Below, one piece after another: positions 17,391 to 25,075 of a stretch of 28,227 nt of DNA. Position numbers and translations under genes: made by a program. Source of the stretch: Candidatus Woesearchaeota archaeon (lineage in GTDB: Archaea; Nanobdellota; Nanobdellia; Woesearchaeales; DATGWN01); the NCBI GenBank assembly GCA_047602725.1, contig JBLKON010000001.1, forward strand, positions 1 to 28,227, given 5' to 3'. Under the pieces are notes generated by a model that saw only the letters and a list, made by a program, of their open reading frames with translations, did not search any database and had not been told where the DNA came from. Numbering within the stretch: the first letter of the stretch is position 1; every line of letters starts with the position of its first letter.

Positions 17391-17667
17391 GAGCTTTGAA
17401 TATACTTCCTGGATAAAAATAAAGACGTAATTCTGTTTGAAATGTTTTTACTTGTGCTGCTTTTAAACCGATACGCATGCCACTTTTGATTTCAAATGGT
17501 AAGAGTTCAGGATCAAAACAAACAGCAGTTATGGTTGCTGATGCATCTGAAAGACGTAAACGTAGATATTTGCCTGGTTTTTGCGTAAAATTTCTTATTT
17601 CTGTTTCTTGGACAGTAAATATGCCTGAAATTTCGTCTCCTTGCTTCATATCGCTTATACTTACCAT
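17377..17667 (-). CDS. Stand-alone OB-fold nucleic-acid-binding protein
   Basis: GKYLRLRLSDASATITAVCF is a typical OB-fold beta segment, resembling the YhaM N-terminal domain. Confidence 0.65.
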   Translation of the reverse strand: MVSISDMKQGDEISGIFTVQETEIRNFTQKPGKYLRLRLSDASATITAVCFDPELLPFEIKSGMRIGLKAAQVKTFQTELRLYFYPGSIFKAPNAG

Positions 17668-17674
17668 GGTATTA

Positions 17675-17746
17675 AGGGCGTAGAGGGATTTGCACCCCCG
17701 AATGGTCGCTCTGCAGGCGACTGCCTTACTGCTTGGCTATACGCCC
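17675..17746 (-). tRNA. tRNA-Cys(GCA)
   Basis: Acceptor GGGCGTA/TACGCCC, U73 discriminator, anticodon arm GTCGC-CTGCAGA-GCGAC; CCA not encoded. Confidence 0.9.
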
Positions 17747-17837
17747 ATCTGTTTATTGAAAAACATCTTCCATTTATAAGGGTTGCTTCTTTGTTCTGCA
17801 AACATTTAAAAATAAACTTTTGTTGCTTAGGTATATT

Positions 17838-17912
17838 GGCTCTGTGGCCTAGCCCGGATATGGCGACAGCCTTCTAAGCTGTAAGTCGAGGGTTCAAATC
17901 CCTCCAGAGTCA
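17838..17912 (+). tRNA. tRNA-Arg(TCT)
   Basis: Acceptor GGCTCTG/CAGAGTC, anticodon arm ACAGC-CTTCTAA-GCTGT, T loop TTCAAAT; TTTAAAAA promoter upstream, oligo-T tract just downstream. Confidence 0.92.
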
Positions 17913-18120
17913 GTTTTACAATTTTTTTTGCAAAAATTTACTAATAACAGGCTGACGCTATCTAGATTCAAATATCGTATATTCTTTTTCTATAGTATCT
18001 TTAGTTGCTTTTAGATTTTATAAGCACAGCATCCTTTAGTCAATTTTTAGATTAACCTAATGAGTATAATAATATTTAAAAACTTTCATTACCACCTAAA
18101 ATAACAAACTTTATAATATA

Positions 18121-18136
18121 GTAAGATATTTCTTAC
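18121..18136. promoter_or_regulatory. Palindromic operator of the abrB-relE module
   Basis: GTAAGA-TATT-TCTTAC between the TATA box (18110-18117) and the ATG at 18140. Confidence 0.55.
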
Positions 18137-18139
18137 AGT

Positions 18140-18406
18140 ATGGAAATTGCAATAACAACAGTAAGTTCAAAGGGACAAATTGTACTTCCAAAGGAAATCA
18201 GAGGAAATATTAAATCTGGAGATAAATTAGTTTTTATCAAAGATAACAATAATATAATGATTAAAAATACAAAAGATTTATCTAAAAATTTTGAAGAAGA
18301 TTTACTTATCGCTGAGCGCACTGAACTTGCATGGAAAGAATATGAACAAGGCAAATTTACTACCATGAGTAAAGATGGTTTTATTGATGAACTAGAAAAA
18401 TGGTAA
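18140..18406 (+). CDS. AbrB/MazE/SpoVT-family antitoxin
   Basis: TTVSSKGQIVLPKEIR...GDKLVF swapped-hairpin motif; overlaps the toxin start by 7 nt. Confidence 0.85.
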   Translation: MEIAITTVSSKGQIVLPKEIRGNIKSGDKLVFIKDNNNIMIKNTKDLSKNFEEDLLIAERTELAWKEYEQGKFTTMSKDGFIDELEKW

Positions 18407-18642
18407 AAGTATCATATACACATAATTTTAAAAAAATATTTAATAAAATACATGATCAATCTTATCAAAAAAAAATTAAAACACAAATGAAAAAGATAAT
18501 AGAAAATCCCCTTATTGGAAAACCAATGCGCTATGATAGACGTGAGTCTAGGCAAGTATATATTAAACCATATAGATTATCTTACGGGTATAAAAATGAT
18601 GAAATAATATTTTTAGATATCTACCATAAAGACGAACAATAG
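18400..18642 (+). CDS. RelE/ParE-family toxin
   Basis: 80-aa basic protein: VSYTHNFKK...IIENPLIGKPMRY...PYRLSY...IYHKDE. Confidence 0.8.
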   Translation: MVKVSYTHNFKKIFNKIHDQSYQKKIKTQMKKIIENPLIGKPMRYDRRESRQVYIKPYRLSYGYKNDEIIFLDIYHKDEQ

Positions 18643-18643
18643 G

Positions 18644-19125
18644 AATACCATTACAGATGTACATCTTTTACTTATTGATGTAGTTGAAAAATATGTGAAA
18701 TTTCCTGAAGAGAATTAGGATTAAGAGAGATGCATCGTATATTAAAATTAGGTGGGATTGCAACTATAGCGTTACCTAAAAGCTTAATTAATAATGATGA
18801 GGTACAAGCATTACAGGAAGTTTGGAAACATTTAGGATTTTCACCATTACCTTTTTCTGGATTTTACCAAGGAGAAGAGGATACTAAATTTCAATCATAT
18901 GTAGCTGTTGTAAGAAAAACAGGTGACGCTTCGACTAAACCATTACCCAAGAGTCTTTTAACATGGGAAATGGATAGACCTAAAAAAACTAAAAAATCTG
19001 GTCGTTCTAGAAAAGATGGTATGCTCAAAGAAAAACCAGTATCTAATCCTATTGTTGTTTCAAATTTCACTAATACAACGCTAAAAAAGTCTTTGAATGA
19101 AATTGTTGATGAATGGATAAATTAG
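18644..19125 (+). pseudogene. 5'-truncated, probably frameshifted class I methyltransferase relic (contains ORF 18730-19125)
   Basis: In-frame upstream codons give LREMHRILKLGG, the E-x-x-R-x-LKxGG post-motif of class I MTases; motif I is absent and an upstream start-less frame stops at 18718. Confidence 0.45.
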
Positions 19126-19204
19126 GTGTCTTTTGTTACCTGTATTCGGAAATTTGGAGTTGTGTTACAACCTCGTGCATTTCATTCGCGTTGATGTATA
19201 ACAA

Positions 19205-19247
19205 ATTACTAACATAAGATAACCATCCTTTATTACCTAGCGTCATA
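19205..19247 (+). repeat. 43-bp direct repeat, copy 1
   Basis: ATTACTAACATAAGATAACCATCCTTTATTACCTAGCGTCATA; 41/43 identical to 21710-21752. Confidence 0.9.
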
Positions 19248-19273
19248 CATTAGGGGGCATGTAGAAAAAATAT

Positions 19274-19712
19274 TTAATTAGTAATTTCACATGATTTTTG
19301 AATTTTATACTTATGTTTTGGTTCTCCCCAGTTATTATAAGCAAACTCATATATTGATAATAAGATTTTTTTAGGTACAATCAATATGGTAAAATCTAAA
19401 TATGAAATAGATTCAGAACGAATTTCAAAAGAAGAAAAAAAATGTTCGTAACTATCATATTCCAGTATTATCTTATCATTATAATAAATATTAACCGATC
19501 TATCTTTAATACATTCATATTGAATATTATGTACATTAGCTAGTTCTATAATTTTAGAAAAAAAAGAATTAGGAACTATAATATCAATATCATCTGCTTG
19601 ATATTTTTCATCATGAGTATGCGCTAAATATGCAATACTACCATAAATTATACCAAATCCACCTAGTTTTTTATGAATTTCAAGTCCAATTGTTAATAGT
19701 TTTATTATTCAT
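19274..19712 (-). pseudogene. Pol-beta-superfamily nucleotidyltransferase, frameshifted at the 5' end or ATA-initiated (missing from the ORF track)
   Basis: 144 open codons from 19708 to the stop at 19274 containing IIYGSIAYLAH...ADDIDIIVP; the nearest ATG (19712) is out of frame by one base. Confidence 0.65.
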
Positions 19713-19818
19713 TATTTATCCAATTTTATTACTACTATTTATTTTATCTTTTAAAAAACTACTCATATGTTTTGAGAGAAAATATCGTAACCTTCTTTTT
19801 TTAAACCTTAAAAATCTT

Positions 19819-19844
19819 CAGTACTTGTTATAGTAGAAGTACTG
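19819..19844. repeat. Inverted repeat at a module junction
   Basis: CAGTACTT-N10-AAGTACTG, perfect 8-bp arms. Confidence 0.6.
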
Positions 19845-19855
19845 TGCGCCCACTG

Positions 19856-19869
19856 CTCATTAGTATGTT
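19856..19869 (+). repeat. 14-bp direct repeat flanking vapBC module 1, downstream copy
   Basis: CTCATTAGTATGTT identical to 20585-20598; both are preceded by CCCAC. Confidence 0.7.
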
Positions 19870-19883
19870 AGGTATACTGAGGG

Positions 19884-20294
19884 CTATGTATTGAAATTTG
19901 AAAGCATATCTTTAGTTTTAAATATTTTTATTGAAGTAACGGTCTCAAAATCTTTATCATCAGACCAAATACCATCAACTTTTTTTGCTAGAGCTAACGC
20001 AACAAAGGAAATATCTTTAGGATCTGCTATTTCTTTTTGAGCCTTTTGATACCAAGACATGTATTCTTCCTCCGGATATACCTCAATATAATCAAAAATA
20101 AGGTTAAGAAGAAGTATTAAATCATTTTGAGATAATCCACTTTTTTGTATTATAAGTTGAGAATATTTCTCTATTTCGACTTTGCAGTAATCAGGTGCTA
20201 TAAAAGTGAATTTTTTATTATATATAATTTGTCTACTTACATTATCTTTAATAAGTGCAGCAATAATTTTATTTGAATCGATAACAATATTCAT
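19884..20294 (-). CDS. vapC: PIN-domain toxin (VapC-like)
   Basis: IVIDSNKII, E in CKVEI, DPKDISF, IWSDDKDF acidic PIN residues; ATGA overlap with antitoxin. Confidence 0.85.
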   Translation of the reverse strand: MNIVIDSNKIIAALIKDNVSRQIIYNKKFTFIAPDYCKVEIEKYSQLIIQKSGLSQNDLILLLNLIFDYIEVYPEEEYMSWYQKAQKEIADPKDISFVALALAKKVDGIWSDDKDFETVTSIKIFKTKDMLSNFNT

Positions 20295-20512
20295 TTTTTA
20301 TGACGCTCAGCAATTTTTTGCTTAATAAGATTGCCAATTTCTTCTGCATCTTCTTCTGTTAATGTACTATTAGCAACTAGTGCTTCCATTAATTCAACTT
20401 TTTTTGCTTGTTGCCATAATGCTTGTCTAGCTACTTCACTCCATTTGATTTGTGAGTGTTTTTTTATTATACTATTTAATTCGTCTGGGATTGCTAAAGT
20501 CATATTGGTCAT
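20291..20512 (-). CDS. Ribbon-helix-helix antitoxin (VapB-like)
   Basis: MTNMTLAIPDEL...IKWSEVARQAL RHH pattern; AGGTGA SD; directly upstream of PIN toxin. Confidence 0.8.
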   Translation of the reverse strand: MTNMTLAIPDELNSIIKKHSQIKWSEVARQALWQQAKKVELMEALVANSTLTEEDAEEIGNLIKQKIAERHKK

Positions 20513-20533
20513 ATTGGTTCACCTATAAGTAAA

Positions 20534-20551
20534 ATAAGTAATATTACTTAT
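20534..20551. promoter_or_regulatory. Palindromic operator of vapBC module 1
   Basis: Perfect 18-bp palindrome ATAAGTAATATTACTTAT 21 nt upstream of the antitoxin ATG, with an extra half-site at about 20524-20532. Confidence 0.65.
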
Positions 20552-20584
20552 AAATGTTGCGATTGATATTTTTAAATACCCACC

Positions 20585-20598
20585 CTCATTAGTATGTT
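20585..20598 (+). repeat. 14-bp direct repeat flanking vapBC module 1, upstream copy
   Basis: CTCATTAGTATGTT identical to 19856-19869. Confidence 0.7.
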
Positions 20599-20613
20599 CA
20601 CCAACTCATTACT

Positions 20614-20892
20614 TCAATGTTTTTTTGACAAATTTTTTTTACGAATAATCATCTTTTTTATTATTTTACGATTCATAACAATTCGTTTTTCGTATCCATG
20701 TAATTTACTTAGACATTTAGGAATTTTTTTGATTGTTTTATAATCTTTAAACCAATCCCTAAAACCATCTCTCCAATCATTCCAATCACTATAGATTCTA
20801 TTAATAAATAAATTATTATGTATTAATGCTTTTTTAGATATAACTAAACTTGGTGTAACATATCCACTTTTACGCTTCCAACGTTTTCTCAT
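20614..20892 (-). CDS. Highly basic hypothetical protein, 92 aa
   Basis: GGAGGT SD precedes ATG 20892 (MRKRWKRKSG), preferred over the longer ORF-track start; Lys/Arg- and Trp-rich. Confidence 0.55.
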   Translation of the reverse strand: MRKRWKRKSGYVTPSLVISKKALIHNNLFINRIYSDWNDWRDGFRDWFKDYKTIKKIPKCLSKLHGYEKRIVMNRKIIKKMIIRKKNLSKKH

Positions 20893-21051
20893 ATTGTGAC
20901 CTCCAGAATCCAACATAGAGCCCACTTGCAAGGCAAACTCTATGTATGCTCAATTGAGCTGAATTCCTACGAGGTCATTGTAAAATTTACCATAGAAATT
21001 ATGTAATTCTGTTGCTTATAAAACTCTCGAAAACAATATATTTAAATATAT

Positions 21052-21067
21052 ATACGTATTTACGTAT
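21052..21067. promoter_or_regulatory. Tandem TACGTA operator of vapBC module 2
   Basis: Two palindromic TACGTA hexamers (21053-21058, 21061-21066) between the TATA region and the ATG at 21072. Confidence 0.5.
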
Positions 21068-21071
21068 AAAT

Positions 21072-21308
21072 ATGGTATCAATAACAATTGGGATAGATGA
21101 GCAAACAAGACAACTTATGAAAAAATTTCCTGAAATGAATTGGTCTGGGTTTGTAAGAAAAGCAATCAAAGATAAAACGAATGAACTCTCGGAAAAAGAA
21201 CAGATCCTAGCTAAGTTAAAAAAAGAATCACTCAATGAAGAAATTGATTTTGGAAGAAAAATTAATACCTCTGTAACTCTGCGTCTTAAAAAGGAGAACC
21301 TTTTATGA
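21072..21308 (+). CDS. Ribbon-helix-helix antitoxin (VapB-like)
   Basis: MVSITIGIDEQTRQLMKKFPEMNWSGFVRKAI RHH pattern, homologous in style to 20291-20512; start moved to ATG 21072; ATGA overlap with toxin. Confidence 0.8.
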   Translation: MVSITIGIDEQTRQLMKKFPEMNWSGFVRKAIKDKTNELSEKEQILAKLKKESLNEEIDFGRKINTSVTLRLKKENLL

Positions 21309-21703
21309 AGCTAGTAGCGGATGCTAATATTCTTTTTTCTTTAGTAAAGAAAGGGAGTTCAACTCAATATTTGGTTGATAATTTTAATTTACAACTCATT
21401 TCTGTAGATTTTGTTTTAGATGAACTTTATAATCATAAAATTGAACTTCTTAAAAAAAGTAAATTAAATTCATTTGATGACGTAAAAAAAATATTAGATC
21501 ATTATGTTATTTTCGTTGATGCAAAAAGTATAAAAAAAGAATTAAAAGAAGTTGCTAAGCTAATTTCTGATGAGAATGATATCATTTATTTAGCTCTTGC
21601 CAAAAAATATGATTTAGTTGTTTGGTCTAATGATAACCATTTCAAAAAACAGTCATTAATTAAGATACTCACTACCGCTGATTTAGTTAAATTATTGTAT
21701 TAA
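21305..21703 (+). CDS. vapC: PIN-domain toxin (VapC-like)
   Basis: LVADANIL, VLDEL, DENDIIY, VWSNDNHF acidic PIN residues. Confidence 0.85.
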   Translation: MKLVADANILFSLVKKGSSTQYLVDNFNLQLISVDFVLDELYNHKIELLKKSKLNSFDDVKKILDHYVIFVDAKSIKKELKEVAKLISDENDIIYLALAKKYDLVVWSNDNHFKKQSLIKILTTADLVKLLY

Positions 21704-21709
21704 TAACAT

Positions 21710-21752
21710 ATTACTAACATAAGATAACGATTCTTTATTACCTAGCGTCATA
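21710..21752 (+). repeat. 43-bp direct repeat, copy 2
   Basis: ATTACTAACATAAGATAACGATTCTTTATTACCTAGCGTCATA, 6 nt after the vapC stop; 41/43 identical to 19205-19247. Confidence 0.9.
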
Positions 21753-21850
21753 GCTAGATGGCTTACAGAAAAATTAAAAGAGAATGAAAATATTATATTT
21801 AACCCAATATTTATTATGAAGAAAGTGAAGAATTAGTATTTTTAAAAATT

Positions 21851-22582
21851 TTATAATTCCTTGATATAACTTTTAATTATTCCTATAACCTCGTCTTGTT
21901 TCCCCTTAAATATATGATCTGCATCCTTAATAATATACAATGTACACCTATCTTGTAATATACGTTTGGCATCTATCGAATCTTGTACTGGTAAAGCAGT
22001 ATCCTTATCACCATGAATAATAATACCTTTTTTAGTAATATCTTTTAATAATGCTTGTTGATTAAGTTGTTCTCGCTCATCAAACATGTGCTTGGCAACT
22101 TTCATAACTCTATTATTAATTATTTTTGTAATATATCCTTTTTGTTGTAATTCTTCGAGCTCTTGTGTACTATAATATTTATCCAAACTATATTGAGATT
22201 TTTGAGTAACAGGAGCAAGTAAAATAAAATAATCAATACGTTGGTGTAACTGTAAAGCCATTAAACAACCTAAACTATGGCCAATAACTATAATACGCTC
22301 AAAACCTTTCTTTGTATAGTAAGATATAACATCCTCTAAGTCTGACCTGTGTTGTTGCACACTTAACAGTGCATCATCACTTAATCCACAACCCACATAA
22401 TCGAAGGTACAATAAGAATATTTTTCATCTAATGCCTCGATAATTGCATCAAAGAGTCCAAATTCATGTCTATCGCCTAAATAACCATGTGAAAAGATAA
22501 TAATATGGTTTTTATTGTTAATATATTGCGTTGCTCTGATGGTGGTGTTTTGTTTAGTTGGTATCTCTATATCTTCTTTCAT
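21851..22582 (-). CDS. Alpha/beta hydrolase
   Basis: SHGY oxyanion motif, GHSLG nucleophile elbow, HGDKD, DADH catalytic His. Confidence 0.85.
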   Translation of the reverse strand: MKEDIEIPTKQNTTIRATQYINNKNHIIIFSHGYLGDRHEFGLFDAIIEALDEKYSYCTFDYVGCGLSDDALLSVQQHRSDLEDVISYYTKKGFERIIVIGHSLGCLMALQLHQRIDYFILLAPVTQKSQYSLDKYYSTQELEELQQKGYITKIINNRVMKVAKHMFDEREQLNQQALLKDITKKGIIIHGDKDTALPVQDSIDAKRILQDRCTLYIIKDADHIFKGKQDEVIGIIKSYIKEL

Positions 22583-22606
22583 AAGATGAGAATATATGTT
22601 TTGTAT

Positions 22607-23785
22607 TTATATATTTTTAGTAAACCATAAGACTACACCAATTAATAGCGTCATACCACTTAACATATATAGCATTATTTGTATAGAATACCATTCAATA
22701 ATGTATCCAGTAAGTATTGAGCCCAATAATACAGCACATGAAACAAAAAAACTTTGAATTGAAACTAAAGTGGCACGTTGTTTAGAATTCATATGCTCAT
22801 GACTATATACTTCTGAGAGCACTTCTTGAAATGACCATATACAATATAAACATAATACAAAAATAAATGCAATTTGTGTATAAAAATAAGCCATGAGAAA
22901 AAATAATGGTACCTGTAAAAATAATATAAGTAATATACTATTATTGATTCCTACATATGCTTCTACCTTATGTGCATAAAGTGAAAACAGACTACGTACA
23001 CCAGTAATAATTGCAGTGAGTACCCCTAATATAGCAATAGGAAATCCTATGCTTTCATAATAGGCTGATCGAATCATATCATGAAATATCCATATTCCTA
23101 CACCTCCTAAAGATGCAAAACCTATAAACCATAATAATGCTGTATTGTTCCAAATGTAAGCTATACTATCCTTTATATGTGCATATTGATGTGATAGACT
23201 AGATGTACTGCGATGTATTGGTGTTTCTTTTACACTCATAAATAATAAAGCAGTAAGTAATAACATAACTCCATTTAAGACAAATGGCAAATAATCTAAA
23301 TACACATATAAGGGCGCTCCTAACAGTGCTGCCAAAACAATTGCCCAATAACGAATTGCTCTTACTTTTCCATAAATTATTTTGCTTTCATGTTCTCTTT
23401 TTATGTGTTTTAAGGAATCATATAATAATGCAGTATCAGCTCCTGAAATGAATGCCCATGCTATACCACCAACAATTGAAGCTATAATAAATGCACTAAA
23501 TGATTGTCCTAATCCAATAATAAACATTTCTAGTGCACACAAAAACAGTCCTAGTACTACTGTCTTTTTTCTTCCCCACATATCAGCTAATACTCCTGAT
23601 GGCACCTCAAAGAGCATACTTACAGCTAGGCCAATAGCAATAACAATACCAAATTGTGCATAAGAAATATAAGAGAGATAAAACAAAATAACAATAGGGC
23701 CTATAAAGAAAAATGATGATAAGAATTTGTAGATGTAAAATTTTGGTATGTTTGATGCGTACGACATGGTTGCTATAAAAACCAT
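22607..23785 (-). CDS. Major facilitator superfamily transporter
   Basis: About 12 TM helices; FEVPSGVLADMWGRKK motif A; SGADTALLYDSL; QRATLVS. Confidence 0.88.
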   Translation of the reverse strand: MVFIATMSYASNIPKFYIYKFLSSFFFIGPIVILFYLSYISYAQFGIVIAIGLAVSMLFEVPSGVLADMWGRKKTVVLGLFLCALEMFIIGLGQSFSAFIIASIVGGIAWAFISGADTALLYDSLKHIKREHESKIIYGKVRAIRYWAIVLAALLGAPLYVYLDYLPFVLNGVMLLLTALLFMSVKETPIHRSTSSLSHQYAHIKDSIAYIWNNTALLWFIGFASLGGVGIWIFHDMIRSAYYESIGFPIAILGVLTAIITGVRSLFSLYAHKVEAYVGINNSILLILFLQVPLFFLMAYFYTQIAFIFVLCLYCIWSFQEVLSEVYSHEHMNSKQRATLVSIQSFFVSCAVLLGSILTGYIIEWYSIQIMLYMLSGMTLLIGVVLWFTKNI

Positions 23786-23838
23786 ATTATTTAAAAAATG
23801 TTACAAACACAACATTTATAGAGATTGCTTAGAAAAAT

Positions 23839-24711
23839 ATGCAGATGAAAAAATACATTACAACTATTTTTAGTCATAAACATATTCATATTAAATCTCT
23901 ATTACCTGTTATGAATGGAAAAAATAACAAGGTATACATTATAAATAATACATATGTACTGAGAATACCTAAAAAGAATTCAAACGTAAATTATGTTCAA
24001 GAACAAAATGCTCACAATAATCTCTCCCTTTTACCAATACCAAAAATATTAATATGTGACACCACCTTTAACATGGTGCCATTTCCATATATGATACAAA
24101 CTCTCGTTCCCGGAAAATTGTGGATAAATACATATCATCTTGAAAAGACTAGAGATATATATGCACAAGCAGGATCTTTACTCAAAAAAATTCATAGACA
24201 TACTTTTAGTTATGCATCAAAAGATTGTATTAAAAAAGAGCAATGGTCAACATTATTTTCAAAAATGCTATTTGAAGAAATGCAAAACCTTCCCTCTAGT
24301 TTACAAATAGAAAAAAATATTGAAATCATTGATAATTCACCAAATGTATACTGTTTACCTGATTATAATGAGGGTAATATTATGATATACAAAAATAAAA
24401 TATCTGGTATCATTGATTTAGAAGATGTACATATAACTTCTCAATACTTTTGTTTAGTTCAAATATTAGATAGAATGTTTCATTTTATATTACCGCTCAA
24501 TAATACTTTTAAGCATAAAAAACTTGCACTTGCTTTTTTACAAGGATATGGGAATAGCTTTAATATACCAAAAAACACTCTTTTTATGTATCTATACTAT
24601 CATTATGCATATATGTACAATAGAAATAATAAAAAAGCATATGGTAAGATAATGAAACAATTATTAGGTGAAAATTATGATCAAACAAGAAAAACAGCTA
24701 AGAAACATTAA
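23839..24711 (+). CDS. Aminoglycoside phosphotransferase / choline kinase-like protein
   Basis: NGKNNKVY loop, YVLRI, PIPKIL, PDYNEGNIM catalytic-loop variant, GIIDLED metal-binding motif. Confidence 0.75.
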   Translation: MQMKKYITTIFSHKHIHIKSLLPVMNGKNNKVYIINNTYVLRIPKKNSNVNYVQEQNAHNNLSLLPIPKILICDTTFNMVPFPYMIQTLVPGKLWINTYHLEKTRDIYAQAGSLLKKIHRHTFSYASKDCIKKEQWSTLFSKMLFEEMQNLPSSLQIEKNIEIIDNSPNVYCLPDYNEGNIMIYKNKISGIIDLEDVHITSQYFCLVQILDRMFHFILPLNNTFKHKKLALAFLQGYGNSFNIPKNTLFMYLYYHYAYMYNRNNKKAYGKIMKQLLGENYDQTRKTAKKH

Positions 24712-25075
24712 AAACATTATGAAATCTTTTTGGAAAAAGGATGTAGCTTTTGAACAACTCAAAAAAGAAACTATACTTCCTGTATGGTTTAGTTATCAAG
24801 AAAAAAATACCATTGTTGGATTTATTAATGGTTATATTATTGATTATGGTTATTGTAAAATAGCACAGATAGAAAATATTGAAGTACACCAAGAGTTTCA
24901 AGGTAAGGGTATTGGATATACATTAATGGATTCATTTATACAATCATGTAAAAAGCAAGGTGTAAGTACATTGTCCTTACGGGTAGAGTGTGATAACAAG
25001 CATGCAATTTCACTATATAAAAAATGTGGTTTTACTCAAGATAAAAAAGGAGTACTTATGGAACTCACTTTTTGA
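24668..25075 (+). CDS. GNAT-family N-acetyltransferase
   Basis: IEVHQEFQGKGIG acetyl-CoA motif A, NKHAISLYKKCGF motif B; true start may be a later ATG. Confidence 0.85.
   Translation: MKIMIKQEKQLRNIKNIMKSFWKKDVAFEQLKKETILPVWFSYQEKNTIVGFINGYIIDYGYCKIAQIENIEVHQEFQGKGIGYTLMDSFIQSCKKQGVSTLSLRVECDNKHAISLYKKCGFTQDKKGVLMELTF

Noticed and set aside
17477-17877. ORFs 17477-17683 and 17641-17877
   Set aside because: Overlap tRNA-Cys/tRNA-Arg or are antisense to the OB-fold gene.
17958-18040. Possible gene-end relic on the minus strand after tRNA-Arg (NLKATKDTIEKEYTIFESR*)
   Set aside because: Only 19 open codons and no motif; could be chance.
19630-19833. ORF 19630-19833 (+)
   Set aside because: Low-complexity antisense shadow of the nucleotidyltransferase frame and upstream relic.
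19205-21752. Canonical integron attC, complete dif site, or CRISPR repeat reading of the direct repeats
   Set aside because: No paired RYYYAAC/GTTRRRY at suitable spacing, only one Xer-like arm, and only two copies 2.5 kb apart; no integrase or cas genes in the window.
17890-21850. Duplicated tRNA-Arg 3' end (attR) closing the island
   Set aside because: No second copy found by eye within the window, so a classical tRNA-integrated element is not supported.
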